Shown here: in pieces, positions 19,637 to 29,570 of the stretch
Position numbering within the stretch: the first letter of the stretch is position 1
Layout of the letters: every line of letters starts with the position of its first letter
Source of the DNA: Promethearchaeota archaeon
GTDB taxonomy: Archaea; Asgardarchaeota; Lokiarchaeia; Sigyniarchaeales; Promethearchaeaceae
Assembly (NCBI GenBank): GCA_016933055.1
Contig: JAFGBS010000002.1
Location: 167,905 to 199,904, forward strand
Direction: 5' to 3'
DNA: 32,000 nt
The notes under the pieces: generated by a model
Seen by the model: the letters and a program-made list of their open reading frames with translations, nothing else
Database searches by the model: none
What the model was told of the DNA's origin: nothing
Program-made: the position numbers and the translations under genes

Positions 19637-21298
19637 ATGAAGCAAGATCAAGAAATCGCACACGAATCAAAAATGATGCCCATCCAGAAAATTGCTGCAA
19701 AAATGGGTATCCCTGAATCGGAAATCGAATATTATGGAGAGTATAAAGCGAAAATCAAAATGGATTTTTGCTTGAAATGCGATGATAGACCGAATGGAAA
19801 ACTAATTTTAGTCTCGGCTATTTCACCAACAAGTGCTGGTGAGGGAAAAACAACTACAACTATTGGACTAGTGGAAGCGTTATGCAAATTGGGTAAAAGA
19901 GCTGCTGGAGCTTTACGGCAACCCTCCTTGGGACCAGTTTTTGGGATTAAAGGAGGTGCAACTGGGGGAGGTCATGCTCAAGTGGTACCAGCTGATGATA
20001 TCAATTTACATTTCACTGGGGATTTTCATGCAATCACATCTGCTCACAATATGTTAACAGCATTACTGGATAATGCAATCTACCAACGTAAAATTGAGAT
20101 CAATCCTAAACGGATTCTTTGGAATCGGGTTTTGGACATCAATGATCGCGCCCTACGCAATATTATTGTGGGCTTAGGCGGACCATTGGACGGGGTTTCT
20201 CACCAATCCAGTTTTGATATTACCGCTGCCTCTGAAATTATGGCAATCTTGTGCTTGTCCAAAAATATCAGTGAACTGAGAGAAAAATTAGGAAATATTA
20301 TATTAGGATATAATTATGGAGGAAAAGCGATCCATGCATCAGATCTGGGAGTAACCGGGGCGATTACAGTTTTGTTGAAAGATGTTATCAAACCAAATTT
20401 GGTTCAAACACTCGAACACAACCCGATTTTTATCCATGGAGGACCTTTTGCAAATATTGCTCAGGGATCCAGTTCAATCATCGCCACCCGCATGGCTTTG
20501 AAATTAAACGATTATGTGGTGACTGAAGCAGGATTTGGTTCTGATTTGGGAGCCGAAAAATTCTTTAATTTGGTATGTCCGTATGGAGGATTTACACCGT
20601 CATTAATGGTTCTTGTGGCAACGATTCGTGCGCTTAAAATGCATGGGGGTGTGAACATGGAGCGTATTAAACAAGAAGATTTGGTAGCTCTCGAGAAAGG
20701 AATGGTAAATCTGGGGCGCCATCTAGAAAATGCTAAGAAATTTGGAATTGATACTGTAGTAGCACTCAACTATTTTCCCTCCGATACAAAAGATGAAATT
20801 GAAATGGTCAGAAACTATTGTAAAGAGAAAGATTTCCCCATAGCAGTTTCCTACGTCTATGAAAAGGGTGGAAGTGGCGGTGAAGAACTTGCGAATATCG
20901 TAATTCAACGCTTGGAAGAAGAGAGAACTCAGTTTAAGTATCTCTATGATTGGAAAGACTCGGTAGAAAACAAAATTAACACCATTGCGAAGGAAATATA
21001 CCGGGCAGAAAAAGTGGAATTTGAAGCTGAAGCCTTGGAAGATCTTCAATTTATCAAGGGGTTGAAACTGTGTGATTTACCAATTTGCATGGCAAAAACT
21101 CAAATGTCCTTTTCGGATGATCCCAACCAATTAGGAGCTCCGACCGGTTTTACCATGAAAGTAAGACGAATTCTTATTGCCGCTGGTGCGGGTTTTCTGA
21201 TCCCGTTGACCGGTAAAATCTTACGAATGCCCGGGTTACCGAAATTCCCTGCTGCGGAATCAATTGATATCGATCATTACGGGCGGATATTCTTTTAA
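19637..21298 (+). CDS. fhs: Formate--tetrahydrofolate ligase
   Basis: SPTSAGEGKTTT, FGIKGGATGGG, HFTGDFHAITSAHN, HGGPFANIAQG, TEAGFGSDLGAEKF, CMAKTQ, MPGLPKFPAA. Confidence 0.97.
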   Translation: MKQDQEIAHESKMMPIQKIAAKMGIPESEIEYYGEYKAKIKMDFCLKCDDRPNGKLILVSAISPTSAGEGKTTTTIGLVEALCKLGKRAAGALRQPSLGPVFGIKGGATGGGHAQVVPADDINLHFTGDFHAITSAHNMLTALLDNAIYQRKIEINPKRILWNRVLDINDRALRNIIVGLGGPLDGVSHQSSFDITAASEIMAILCLSKNISELREKLGNIILGYNYGGKAIHASDLGVTGAITVLLKDVIKPNLVQTLEHNPIFIHGGPFANIAQGSSSIIATRMALKLNDYVVTEAGFGSDLGAEKFFNLVCPYGGFTPSLMVLVATIRALKMHGGVNMERIKQEDLVALEKGMVNLGRHLENAKKFGIDTVVALNYFPSDTKDEIEMVRNYCKEKDFPIAVSYVYEKGGSGGEELANIVIQRLEEERTQFKYLYDWKDSVENKINTIAKEIYRAEKVEFEAEALEDLQFIKGLKLCDLPICMAKTQMSFSDDPNQLGAPTGFTMKVRRILIAAGAGFLIPLTGKILRMPGLPKFPAAESIDIDHYGRIFF

Positions 21299-21439
21299 TA
21301 TAACAGTATTTTCTTTTCTTTTTTTTCACATTTATTTACTCTTTGATCGTTATCTTAACCATTATCCCCCCATAAAACGATTAGTATTTCACAAATCCCA
21401 GAAGAAATAGAAAAACTTCAATCCCTAAAAAAGCTAGAA

Positions 21440-22759
21440 ATGTTTAGTGGTGAGATAACGAATCTTCCAGACAGTATTGGGAATCTGAAATCACTAGAAG
21501 AGCTAAGATTGAGTTTCAACAAGATCACCAATCTCCCAGAATCAATAGGGAATTTACAGATGTTGAAAACTTTAACATTACAAAATAATTTACTTAAAAC
21601 CATTCCCGATACGATTACTAATCTTAAAAATCTGAATTCATTAAACATTGGAAATAACAAAATTAAATGTCTGCCTGAAAATATTGGAAACCTGCAGAAC
21701 TTACAAGCAATTGTTCTGAGTAACAACCCTATTTCTGAAGTACCCAAATCATTTGCAAATCTGAGCAATCTAGAGAGAATTTACATTGAAAAGACAAAAA
21801 TAAACGAACTACCAACCAGAGTGTTGAATCAAAAAATACTTCTTCAGAGAAAATATAAATTCAAGAAATGTAAATCCCCATTATTCGGTATCACAAAATA
21901 TTGCAGTAAATGCGGTCAAGCAAGTGGTATTGAAGACCGTATAGTTGATCTATATTCTGAGACTTTCGCGGATCGACTATTTTCAACAGAAAAACAACTT
22001 TACTTAAGCTTAAATCAAAAACAGCGTGATGGATTTACAATACTCCAATATATGAATAAATCGGATGAAGAATATAACTTAACGACAGCATGGTTCACTG
22101 ATAAAGTTGAATTTGAAAAATCAGTATTCAATATTAACATCTTATTCCAGGAAGGAAAAATTGTAGGGCTTGAATTCAACGATATCTGGGATATCAATAT
22201 CAAATTTTTAAATGCGGCCTTGTGGCATTTTGGTCATATTAAATACTTACTATTGGAAAATATGGGAGTAGATTCGATTCCTGAGCATATTGGGACCTTA
22301 AAACATCTCGAAAAATTGACATTACAATATTTAAGGAATACCAAATTTCCTGATAGTCTTCAAAATCTGGCAAGATTAAAACATTTTACAGTGCATTCCA
22401 GAGGTTTAGATTCGGTACCACAATGGATTTCTGAATTGGTAGAATTGGAAAACCTCGATTTGGGAGACACGGTCTTTATAACCATTCCAAAATCGATACT
22501 TTCGTTGAAAAAACTCAAGATGTTCCGTTTAAGATCAGAACAAGGCTTTACTATTCCACCTGAAATTCAAAAATTGACCGATCTTCGTGAGCTAACCATA
22601 GATGCAACAATTGAAAATGAGGTACCAGAAACAATGAAGAATTTGTCGAATCTCGAAAAACTGAACTTAAAGGGTCTACGTGAAGATTTTCCTGATTGGA
22701 TTGGCGAACTGCCAAATATTAAAGAAGTCACTTCAAGGAAGGGAACGCAATATTTTTGA
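21440..22759 (+). CDS. Leucine-rich repeat protein with internal zinc-ribbon-like segment; appears 5'-truncated
   Basis: Two LRR blocks (LPxSIGNLxxL type) separated by KCKSPLFGITKYCSKCG. The frame is open back to 21359 with another LRR unit but no ATG. Confidence 0.85.
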   Translation: MFSGEITNLPDSIGNLKSLEELRLSFNKITNLPESIGNLQMLKTLTLQNNLLKTIPDTITNLKNLNSLNIGNNKIKCLPENIGNLQNLQAIVLSNNPISEVPKSFANLSNLERIYIEKTKINELPTRVLNQKILLQRKYKFKKCKSPLFGITKYCSKCGQASGIEDRIVDLYSETFADRLFSTEKQLYLSLNQKQRDGFTILQYMNKSDEEYNLTTAWFTDKVEFEKSVFNINILFQEGKIVGLEFNDIWDINIKFLNAALWHFGHIKYLLLENMGVDSIPEHIGTLKHLEKLTLQYLRNTKFPDSLQNLARLKHFTVHSRGLDSVPQWISELVELENLDLGDTVFITIPKSILSLKKLKMFRLRSEQGFTIPPEIQKLTDLRELTIDATIENEVPETMKNLSNLEKLNLKGLREDFPDWIGELPNIKEVTSRKGTQYF

Positions 22760-22760
22760 T

Positions 22761-22880
22761 GGGTATACGTTTCTTTTTTGTTACTTTCGTGCCCACTTCC
22801 TGCTAGTTGGCAGTATAGAATGGTTATAACATCCCATACAGATGAATTCGTATTTGTGTTGTTTTGTATATGTGTTCTTT
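22761..22880 (-). repeat. Copy R7 of the 23S 3'-trailer repeat (most degenerate)
   Basis: GGGTATACGTTT 1 nt after the LRR stop; CCACTTCC..TAGT; CATCCCATACAGATGAA and TGTTGTTTTGTATATGTGTTCTTT resemble 26501-26550. Confidence 0.55.
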
Positions 22881-22920
22881 ACTCTGATGTATTGCTTCTA
22901 AATTTAATAACACAAAACCC

Positions 22921-22947
22921 ATAAGTATTTGTACTACAAATGCTTAT
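22921..22947. promoter_or_regulatory. Inverted repeat upstream of the antitoxin (putative autoregulatory operator)
   Basis: ATAAGTATTTGTA-C-TACAAATGCTTAT: 13-bp arms with one mismatch, ending 19 nt before the ATG. Confidence 0.55.
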
Positions 22948-22966
22948 ATTTGTATTAAGGATCATT

Positions 22967-23269
22967 ATGGCAACAGTGCAAGTACGAATTGATGATGAAG
23001 AAAACAAAGATTTAGATGAGTTAGCAAAAAAATTAGAAATCACCAAATCAGAATTATTACGAAAAATCATCAAACGAGGGAAAAAAGGATTGCTTTTTGA
23101 TGTGTATTTCGAAAAACTTACTAAAAAAGAAATTAGTGTGAGTCGTGCAGCAATAGAAGCGGATTTATCCATCCCCGAATTCATGGAAATGGCAAGAAAA
23201 CGTGGGTATACCTATTTCCAATACGAACCTGAAGAGTTAGACAGGGACTTAGACGCACTTGAAGAGTAG
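22967..23269 (+). CDS. UPF0175-family antitoxin with N-terminal ribbon-helix-helix
   Basis: MATVQVRIDD...KSELLRKII (RHH); EISVSRAAIEADLSIPEFME...YEPEELDRDL. Confidence 0.8.
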   Translation: MATVQVRIDDEENKDLDELAKKLEITKSELLRKIIKRGKKGLLFDVYFEKLTKKEISVSRAAIEADLSIPEFMEMARKRGYTYFQYEPEELDRDLDALEE

Positions 23270-23277
23270 ATATAATT

Positions 23278-23826
23278 ATGAATAACCCTTCCTCAGATCT
23301 TGATTCCGAACCAAAAACTCATTTACAACGATATTTCTTTGATTCTTCCGGTATTTTTGCCTTAATTGATTGCGGCTACTTTCATCGATTCTGTGAAATT
23401 ATTACGAATATTTGTATTACTCCTCAAATTTTTACGGAACTAACGCAAAAAAAAAACTTGGCGAAAAAAATAATATCCGAAAGTTTAACTGCTGGAAAAA
23501 TTACGCTTGTCAAATATAAATCTGGAGAAAAAGAAAAATGGGACAACTATTATGCATTGGGCTTGCACACGGGAGAGATTTCGATACTTCTCACTGCACA
23601 TAAAAAATTTGATATTGTGGTATTCGACGAGGTTGTAGCACGTTCGGTAGCCAGAGCTGAAGGATTTCGACTATCAGGATTACTCGGGCTTGTATTGAAT
23701 TTCAAAAAAACCGGGAAAATGCCCAAAAAAGAAGCACTCTCTTTCTTAAGCGCCATAAACCAAACGAACTTCCGGATGAGCTCTAGTCTCTACGAATCTA
23801 TGCTGCGAAGATTATCTGAAGAATAA
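23278..23826 (+). CDS. PIN-domain toxin (DUF3368/VapC-like)
   Basis: FFDSSGIF, GEISIL, VFDE..AR..A...G...GLLGLV. Confidence 0.8.
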   Translation: MNNPSSDLDSEPKTHLQRYFFDSSGIFALIDCGYFHRFCEIITNICITPQIFTELTQKKNLAKKIISESLTAGKITLVKYKSGEKEKWDNYYALGLHTGEISILLTAHKKFDIVVFDEVVARSVARAEGFRLSGLLGLVLNFKKTGKMPKKEALSFLSAINQTNFRMSSSLYESMLRRLSEE

Positions 23827-23844
23827 AGAAAGTCGGAAGAAGGA

Positions 23845-24000
23845 GGGTAGACTGAACGTTTGTTTCTTTAAGTAAGTTTTGTATCACCGGTAATCACCCG
23901 TTGTCTGGTTTTTGCTATCCATCTCACACCTACGATACTTCCATCCTAGTCGTATCCACGAATTTCGGTTGTAATTGCGTAGATACGCGTGCCCCACCTG
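23845..24000 (-). repeat. Copy R6 of the 23S 3'-trailer repeat (may extend to about 24160)
   Basis: GGGTAGACTGAACGTTT 23845-23861, CATCTCAC 23920-23927, ACTTCC..TAGTC, GCGTGCCCCA 23987-23996, in the same order as 31261-31390. Confidence 0.75.
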
Positions 24001-24227
24001 ATATTGGTACTTGTATGCTATTTCCTAAAGGATATTAGCACCCCAATAGATGAATACGCTGTGTGCTTTTCTCTCATCCTCACGAATGATTGAAAGGTGC
24101 TTACAGTTTGGTTGTTTAACTTTGGTTGTGTTGTTTTAGGATGGTTGAACACTCACAGAAATGGAAAATTAACCACATTTATTTTGCTGCTTGAAATATT
24201 ATTATTAGGAGAAATCAGTGATTCTAC

Positions 24228-26381
24228 ATGAAATATAGTGTTAGGAAAGAGAAGAAATTTTTTATAATTATTATTTTATGGATGTGCTTTTCTCCCTTTC
24301 TCTGTTATGATAAAGTAATGTTTCCTTCTAGTAGCTCCAGATATGATATCCCGAAAACAAGTCAAGTGTACGATAATACTTCCTGCTTCATATACAGCAC
24401 TTTTATTGGAGGTTCGGAGTTAGAAATTGGAAGTGGAATAGCAATTGATCTCCAAGGAGCTTCCTATATAACTGGGGAAACAGAATCGAATGATTTCCTA
24501 ACTTATTCTGCTTTGGATGACACCTTTAATGGAAGTTCTGATGGTTTTATAACAAAATTGAACCCTGAAGGTACGATTAATTACAGTACATTTATTGGCG
24601 GAAACAACCAGGATGGAGGTACAGATATTTTGATTGATGAATCTGGTTATTGTTTTATAGCTGGAACGACGAAATCTGAAGATTTTCCCATTTTGAATGC
24701 TTTTGATTCCTCATTAGGAGCAGCATGGGAAGGAATTTCTGATGGATTCCTCACAAAATTAAATCCGGATGGATCACTTAATTTCAGTAACTATCTAGGA
24801 GGAACATCAGATGAATTAGATCTTCATATCGCCGTAGATGATTCAGGTGCTTGTTTCATTACAGGGATTACCCATTCTTTGAATTTCCCTTTACAAAATG
24901 CTTATGATGAGATTCTTGAAAATCGTGAAGTGTTTGTAATGAAGTTTAATCCAGATGGATCAATAAATTTCAGCACCTATTTAGGAGGAAATCATCATGA
25001 GGACGCTTATGGAATTGTTGCTGATTCTAATGGAGGATGTTATGTCACTGGAAGAACTTTCTCTGATGATTTTCCGACGTTGAATGAAATAGATGATGAG
25101 CAGGATGGAGTGACTGATGCATTTCTTGCAAGATTTAATCAAAATGGCTCAATGATTTTTTGCACCTTAATAGGAGGTGGATCCGAAGATGAGGCTAATG
25201 GAGTTGCATTGGATAATATTGGTAATTGCTACATTATGGGGGATACGGATTCTACTAATTTCCCTTTACAAAATCCGATTGACCATTCTTTAAGCGGGGA
25301 AAGGGATTGTTTCATATCCAAATTTGGACCGTATGGGGATTTACTCTATAGTACATACTGGGGTGGGGATTCACATGAATATGGAACGGAAATATTCGTT
25401 GATAGTAATAATTCATATTATATAACGGGACGATCCTCTTCAAATGATTTTCCCGAGCAATTTGGATTTAGTAGGGAGGAAGACAGTGAGTCTCGATTCT
25501 TTGTCACTAAGTTCAATTCTGATGATACTCTTAATTATAGTTACAAATTTGGAGGGTCTTCATCTGAAGAGCCATGTGATATAAAAATTTATAATAACGG
25601 AGTATGTTACATTGGTGGATTTACCTCTTCAATTGATTTTCCTTTAAAAAATGCCTTTGATACTTCGAATGTTTATTACGAAGCGTTTTTATGTGAAATA
25701 TATGCACCTTCAGGGGATGAAGACGGAGATGGGATACCCAATTATTGGGAGTATCAAAAAGGAATGAATTTATCCTATGCTCTTGATGCTTCTTATGATT
25801 TTGATCGAGATGGTTTGACAAATCTTCAAGAATACCTTTCAGGAACTGATCCTTATGATGATGATACGGATAATGATGGTATAAATGACTTAAATGACCA
25901 TTATCCCAACTCTTTTATGCGACCTGTGGGATGGATTATTATAATTTCATCGATTAGTGTCGTAGGGTTATCAATTAGTATTGTCTTGATCAAACCACTC
26001 CATAAATTTCGTCAATATAAAGTTAGGAAATCCTTGGAGGCTATTCAATTGGAAATGGATGACCTTGATTATGATAGCGCAGAAAAAAAAATTGAAGAAA
26101 CCCTCCCAAAGATTTCAGAATGTGGCAATAAAGACTTGTACTCCAAAGCAAAGACTATGAAAAAATCTTGTGAATATAATCAAATGTTTCTATCGAAATT
26201 GAATGACCACAGAAAGTGGATCGATGAAAGAAATTTCCAGAGTGCACATGAGAATTTAGTCCACCTTTTAAAGCAAATTCATCAACCTGAATATGTTGAG
26301 ATTGTTGACAAAAAAATCGAATCTGAAATCACCGACCTTTTGAAAATGGTTTCAGAAAAATTAGAAAATGAAGAGAAATGA
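24228..26381 (+). CDS. SBBP-type seven-repeat beta-propeller surface protein with DxDxDG Ca-binding repeats, TM helix and cytoplasmic tail
   Basis: Seven YSTFIGG-like units; DEDGDGIPNYWE, DFDRDGLT, DTDNDGIND; N-terminal signal and TM WIIIISSISVVGLSISIVLI. Confidence 0.85.
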   Translation: MKYSVRKEKKFFIIIILWMCFSPFLCYDKVMFPSSSSRYDIPKTSQVYDNTSCFIYSTFIGGSELEIGSGIAIDLQGASYITGETESNDFLTYSALDDTFNGSSDGFITKLNPEGTINYSTFIGGNNQDGGTDILIDESGYCFIAGTTKSEDFPILNAFDSSLGAAWEGISDGFLTKLNPDGSLNFSNYLGGTSDELDLHIAVDDSGACFITGITHSLNFPLQNAYDEILENREVFVMKFNPDGSINFSTYLGGNHHEDAYGIVADSNGGCYVTGRTFSDDFPTLNEIDDEQDGVTDAFLARFNQNGSMIFCTLIGGGSEDEANGVALDNIGNCYIMGDTDSTNFPLQNPIDHSLSGERDCFISKFGPYGDLLYSTYWGGDSHEYGTEIFVDSNNSYYITGRSSSNDFPEQFGFSREEDSESRFFVTKFNSDDTLNYSYKFGGSSSEEPCDIKIYNNGVCYIGGFTSSIDFPLKNAFDTSNVYYEAFLCEIYAPSGDEDGDGIPNYWEYQKGMNLSYALDASYDFDRDGLTNLQEYLSGTDPYDDDTDNDGINDLNDHYPNSFMRPVGWIIIISSISVVGLSISIVLIKPLHKFRQYKVRKSLEAIQLEMDDLDYDSAEKKIEETLPKISECGNKDLYSKAKTMKKSCEYNQMFLSKLNDHRKWIDERNFQSAHENLVHLLKQIHQPEYVEIVDKKIESEITDLLKMVSEKLENEEK

Positions 26382-26385
26382 ATTA

Positions 26386-26663
26386 GGGAAGTAAATTGAA
26401 CATTTAGTTAGAGACGCCTCACATAAGATACTCCCAATCGGCTGATTGTAGTATACTGCGTGCCCCATCCTGCTATTTGGTAGTAAATGATTTGATATCG
26501 CATCCCATACGATGAAATACTTCATTTATGTTGTTGTATATGCGTTCTTTTTGCTTTTTGGATATACTGCTTTTCTGTCTTGCCGCAACTATGTCACAGC
26601 AAAACTATCGAAACGCACAGCGAACACAGATCAGACCGTGACCACTCAAAGCATGAACCCAAA
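26386..26663 (-). repeat. Copy R5 of the 23S 3'-trailer repeat (near full length)
   Basis: GTAAATTGAACATTT, GCGTGCCCCA 26458-26467, GATATCGCATCCC; 26617-26661 matches 31542-31585 at 41 of 45 columns. Confidence 0.85.
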
Positions 26664-26954
26664 TTATAATTTTAAGTTACGGCTACCATGTATTATTATT
26701 TTGATGTAAATTTTATCTTCTTGTTCTACATATTGGTAAATTAACCTGTAGGACTGAATAATAATTTCTCGATCTTCTTCATTCGTAGATTCGGGAACCT
26801 TTCTACCCATTTTCGGAAATCGTTCGAGATTTAAAACTGAATCAAAGACTTTTTCAAAAAAATTCGATGCATATTGGGATGAAGCATTTGATAGATATGC
26901 CAAAATTTGATCGAAGTCAAACTCTGCATCCTTTGTCCATTCTATGGAAACCAT
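26664..26954 (-). CDS. RelE/ParE-family toxin
   Basis: IEWTKDAEFDFDQI...LERFPKMGRKVPE...REIIIQSYRLIYQ...IIHGSR. Confidence 0.88.
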   Translation of the reverse strand: MVSIEWTKDAEFDFDQILAYLSNASSQYASNFFEKVFDSVLNLERFPKMGRKVPESTNEEDREIIIQSYRLIYQYVEQEDKIYIKIIIHGSRNLKL

Positions 26955-27148
26955 TTCTTCTTTAACTTCTCCATAACTTCATCATGTGGAATAGTTTCTC
27001 CGGAAGAAATTTGGTGTTCGGCTTTTTGTAATTTCTGTATCACAAATAAATGGTATTGAATATCATCCAACGTAACATCATTAGGAAGATTTTCAATTAA
27101 ATCAATAGCTATTTTTTTGGAGTTTACTGAATTACTCATTTCGTTCAT
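26942..27148 (-). CDS. Antitoxin partner of the RelE/ParE toxin
   Basis: LIENLPNDVTLDDIQYHLFV...GETIPHDEVMEKLKKKW; overlaps the toxin start by 13 nt. Confidence 0.8.
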   Translation of the reverse strand: MNEMSNSVNSKKIAIDLIENLPNDVTLDDIQYHLFVIQKLQKAEHQISSGETIPHDEVMEKLKKKWFP

Positions 27149-27241
27149 ACATATATAATGAAAATCCCCATATTAACTACTATCTTTTTTACAATTTAAT
27201 TAAATCAGAATTTTGAGTAATTCAAACGAATGTAAAAAGAG

Positions 27242-27260
27242 GAGAGTAGACTGAACGTTT
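27242..27260 (-). repeat. Copy R4 of the trailer repeat (terminal motif only)
   Basis: GAGAGTAGACTGAACGTTT directly abutting a minus-strand stop at 27262-27264. Confidence 0.7.
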
Positions 27261-27261
27261 T

Positions 27262-28176
27262 CTAATTAGAAACAGCTCCGAAATTTGGTCGTTTAACCAT
27301 ATCAATTATGAAGGAAATCACCACTAACACACCTGCAGTAAAAGTGGTCAATATACTCGTTATAAGTAAAAAATCATTAGGAAAACTATGCTTTAAGAAG
27401 TTGAGAATTGGATACGAAGGTGTATAGATAATCTCCGCTGAAAATATTATAAAGGCTGTTAACGAACAACCCAATATCAGTACGGAAAAGAAAATCGAGT
27501 TCCTACTCGAAATCGTGGTTTAAATAAATCTGAAAAAAAATGAACAACTGTAAGTCCAGCAAAAAGGAACGCACAGAAAAATAGTAGCAAAATGATAATC
27601 TCATATGTGTGCAACCCAGGAAGATCAGGATCGATCGTCTGAAGAAGAAGAGTAGAACCTGAAGCTCCATAATGCTTAACCGCACGAACACAACTAGTTG
27701 AACGATATAAGACTGACTTCGTTCTTGGTGGGGAACTGCATTTTATTCCATTTCTAGGAATGTCTGTCGGGTAATTGTCAAAATTCATGATAGTATCATC
27801 TTTATTTTTTTATAGACATCGAGTAGTAAAAATACTACTTTGAAATATTATACCGATTGATCATCTTCGTATTCCATTTGATCAAGGAGAGTATGTGATA
27901 ATCATGAGTACCAATGTAGGGATATCTTGTTCCCACTGTATAAGTGCCTTAAGAATCCCCCCAAATATTGCAGAAGTACCCCACAACAGGGTAAGTTAAA
28001 CTCCATTCATATTTCATATAGTTGTTTAATCCAGATGAATTAGGGAGAAGATCTCCTTTTGGACCTTGGTTAAGATAGTCATACTGTAGCTCTAAGGCTT
28101 GACCACAGACCATTTTTAAGCTGAATACCAGGGCTAGAACACATGGATATATGGTAGGGGTTTTTTTCATCCGCAT
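27262..28176 (-). pseudogene. Fragmented secreted/membrane protein gene
   Basis: Signal-peptide ORF 28176-27949 continues in frame past TAA (GTYTVGTRYPY...), stops again, then hydrophobic ORFs 27788-27477 and 27474-27262 follow in shifted frames. Confidence 0.5.
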
Positions 28177-28478
28177 AATCCGAATCTTACCAAATGAAAG
28201 GATACCTAAGTATAAAAAGAATATACATCAATTTCTATGTTAATCATGGGATCCTTTGTAGGATTCCACCCTTTTTCTGGATTGGTAGGTTTCTCGACTC
28301 ATGAATGATGATTATTGAATCGACCCGTGATGATTATGTATACATCTATGGATCTCTATAGATCACAAATGATTGATGATTGATGATATTTTTACAATTA
28401 TCGATGCATACCGAGTAGATTAGCAACTACTCGCTTAGTGGATAAGATCGGTAAAAGGAAGTAATATAATAAAAGAAA

Positions 28479-28583
28479 GGGGGGGTAGGCTGAACATTTC
28501 GTTCAAGTTATCTTTTCTTTCGATCTCACAATCATTGGATGTAAGTAGAAAAGGGGGAGTACTGCATCCCCATCCTGCTATTT
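28479..28583 (-). repeat. Copy R3 of the 23S 3'-trailer repeat
   Basis: GGGGGGGTAGGCTGAACATTT 28479-28499, GATCTCAC, and TACTGCATCCCCATCCTGCTATTT similar to 26454-26478. Confidence 0.8.
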
Positions 28584-28587
28584 TTTA

Positions 28588-29070
28588 TTATACTAAAGGC
28601 TGATACTTCCATCCTTTCTTTTTCCCAATCAAATACAATATATACATTGCAAGCACAGAAAATACGAATAGGGAAATAATGTGAAACCATAGTCTTGATT
28701 TTCCCATAATAATATCTGAAAATGGTGCCCAAGATGCATTTATTAGAGTATACGAAAATATTAGCCAGAATATAAGACCACCTATATAGCCGAAACAACC
28801 GATGAAAACGATTTTATAAATTAACTGAGGATTTTTCACTTTTCTGATAAGAACAACTAAAATAATCATTAAAGGGTAAAAAAGCATGAATCCTATGGTA
28901 AATCCGAGATTGTTGATCTCGTAATAATATAAGATCCAAAGAAACAGACTATTAGCGATGATTCCGCCGATATTTACCCATAACCAATTTTCTTTAAACT
29001 TTTGAAAGAATTTTTTAAAAGAATTAACTTTATCCGAATGATTGTCTGTTGACTCTGTCACGAGTAACAC
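28588..29070 (-). CDS. Four-TM hypothetical membrane protein
   Basis: 160 aa, four hydrophobic helices, basic C-terminal tail; the stop lies about 5 nt from repeat R3. Confidence 0.75.
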   Translation of the reverse strand: MLLVTESTDNHSDKVNSFKKFFQKFKENWLWVNIGGIIANSLFLWILYYYEINNLGFTIGFMLFYPLMIILVVLIRKVKNPQLIYKIVFIGCFGYIGGLIFWLIFSYTLINASWAPFSDIIMGKSRLWFHIISLFVFSVLAMYILYLIGKKKGWKYQPLV

Positions 29071-29291
29071 TTCTTTTTGACAATTTCCAAAAGCTGCACT
29101 TTATTATTTAAGTGTATGGATTTAACAAATTGTTGAATAAGTATATCTTTTCTTTCCATCTTAACATATCATGATACTTCCATTGGTTATCATCATGTAA
29201 ATAAATGGTAGTTATGCATACCCCAACCTATTGATTGATCATTAATGTGGATATTGGTAGCCAATAAATTATAAACATAAAACAATATATT

Positions 29292-29303
29292 ATGTAATTA
29301 CAT
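29292..29303. promoter_or_regulatory. Perfect 12-bp palindrome upstream of the MazE-like gene (putative operator)
   Basis: ATGTAATTACAT ending 9 nt before ATG 29313. Confidence 0.5.
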
Positions 29304-29312
29304 TGTAATTAT

Positions 29313-29570
29313 ATGGAACCGGTGAAAATTAAACTCATAAAAATAGGAAATTCCCGCGGCATCCGTATCCCGAAATATATCTTGGAGCTTTTAAATCTAG
29401 ATGAAGAAATTGAATTAATTATAGATGAAGAGGCAAAAGAATTGATTATTCGGTCTAATAAACCACCTAGAATTCATTGGGATAAAGCATTTAGACAAAT
29501 GCATGAAAATCAGGACGATACCTTACTAATAGATGATGCATTAGACATCGATTTTGACGATGATTGGTGA
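29313..29570 (+). CDS. mazE: AbrB/MazE/SpoVT-family antitoxin
   Basis: KLIKIGNSRGIRIPKYILE and acidic C-terminus; overlaps the toxin start. Confidence 0.88.
   Translation: MEPVKIKLIKIGNSRGIRIPKYILELLNLDEEIELIIDEEAKELIIRSNKPPRIHWDKAFRQMHENQDDTLLIDDALDIDFDDDW

Noticed and set aside
885-23756. Numerous short antisense or alternate-frame ORFs in the track (e.g. 885-1229, 10769-11056, 20723-21049, 21418-21768, 22879-23184)
   Set aside because: Fully nested in well-supported genes; shadow ORFs.
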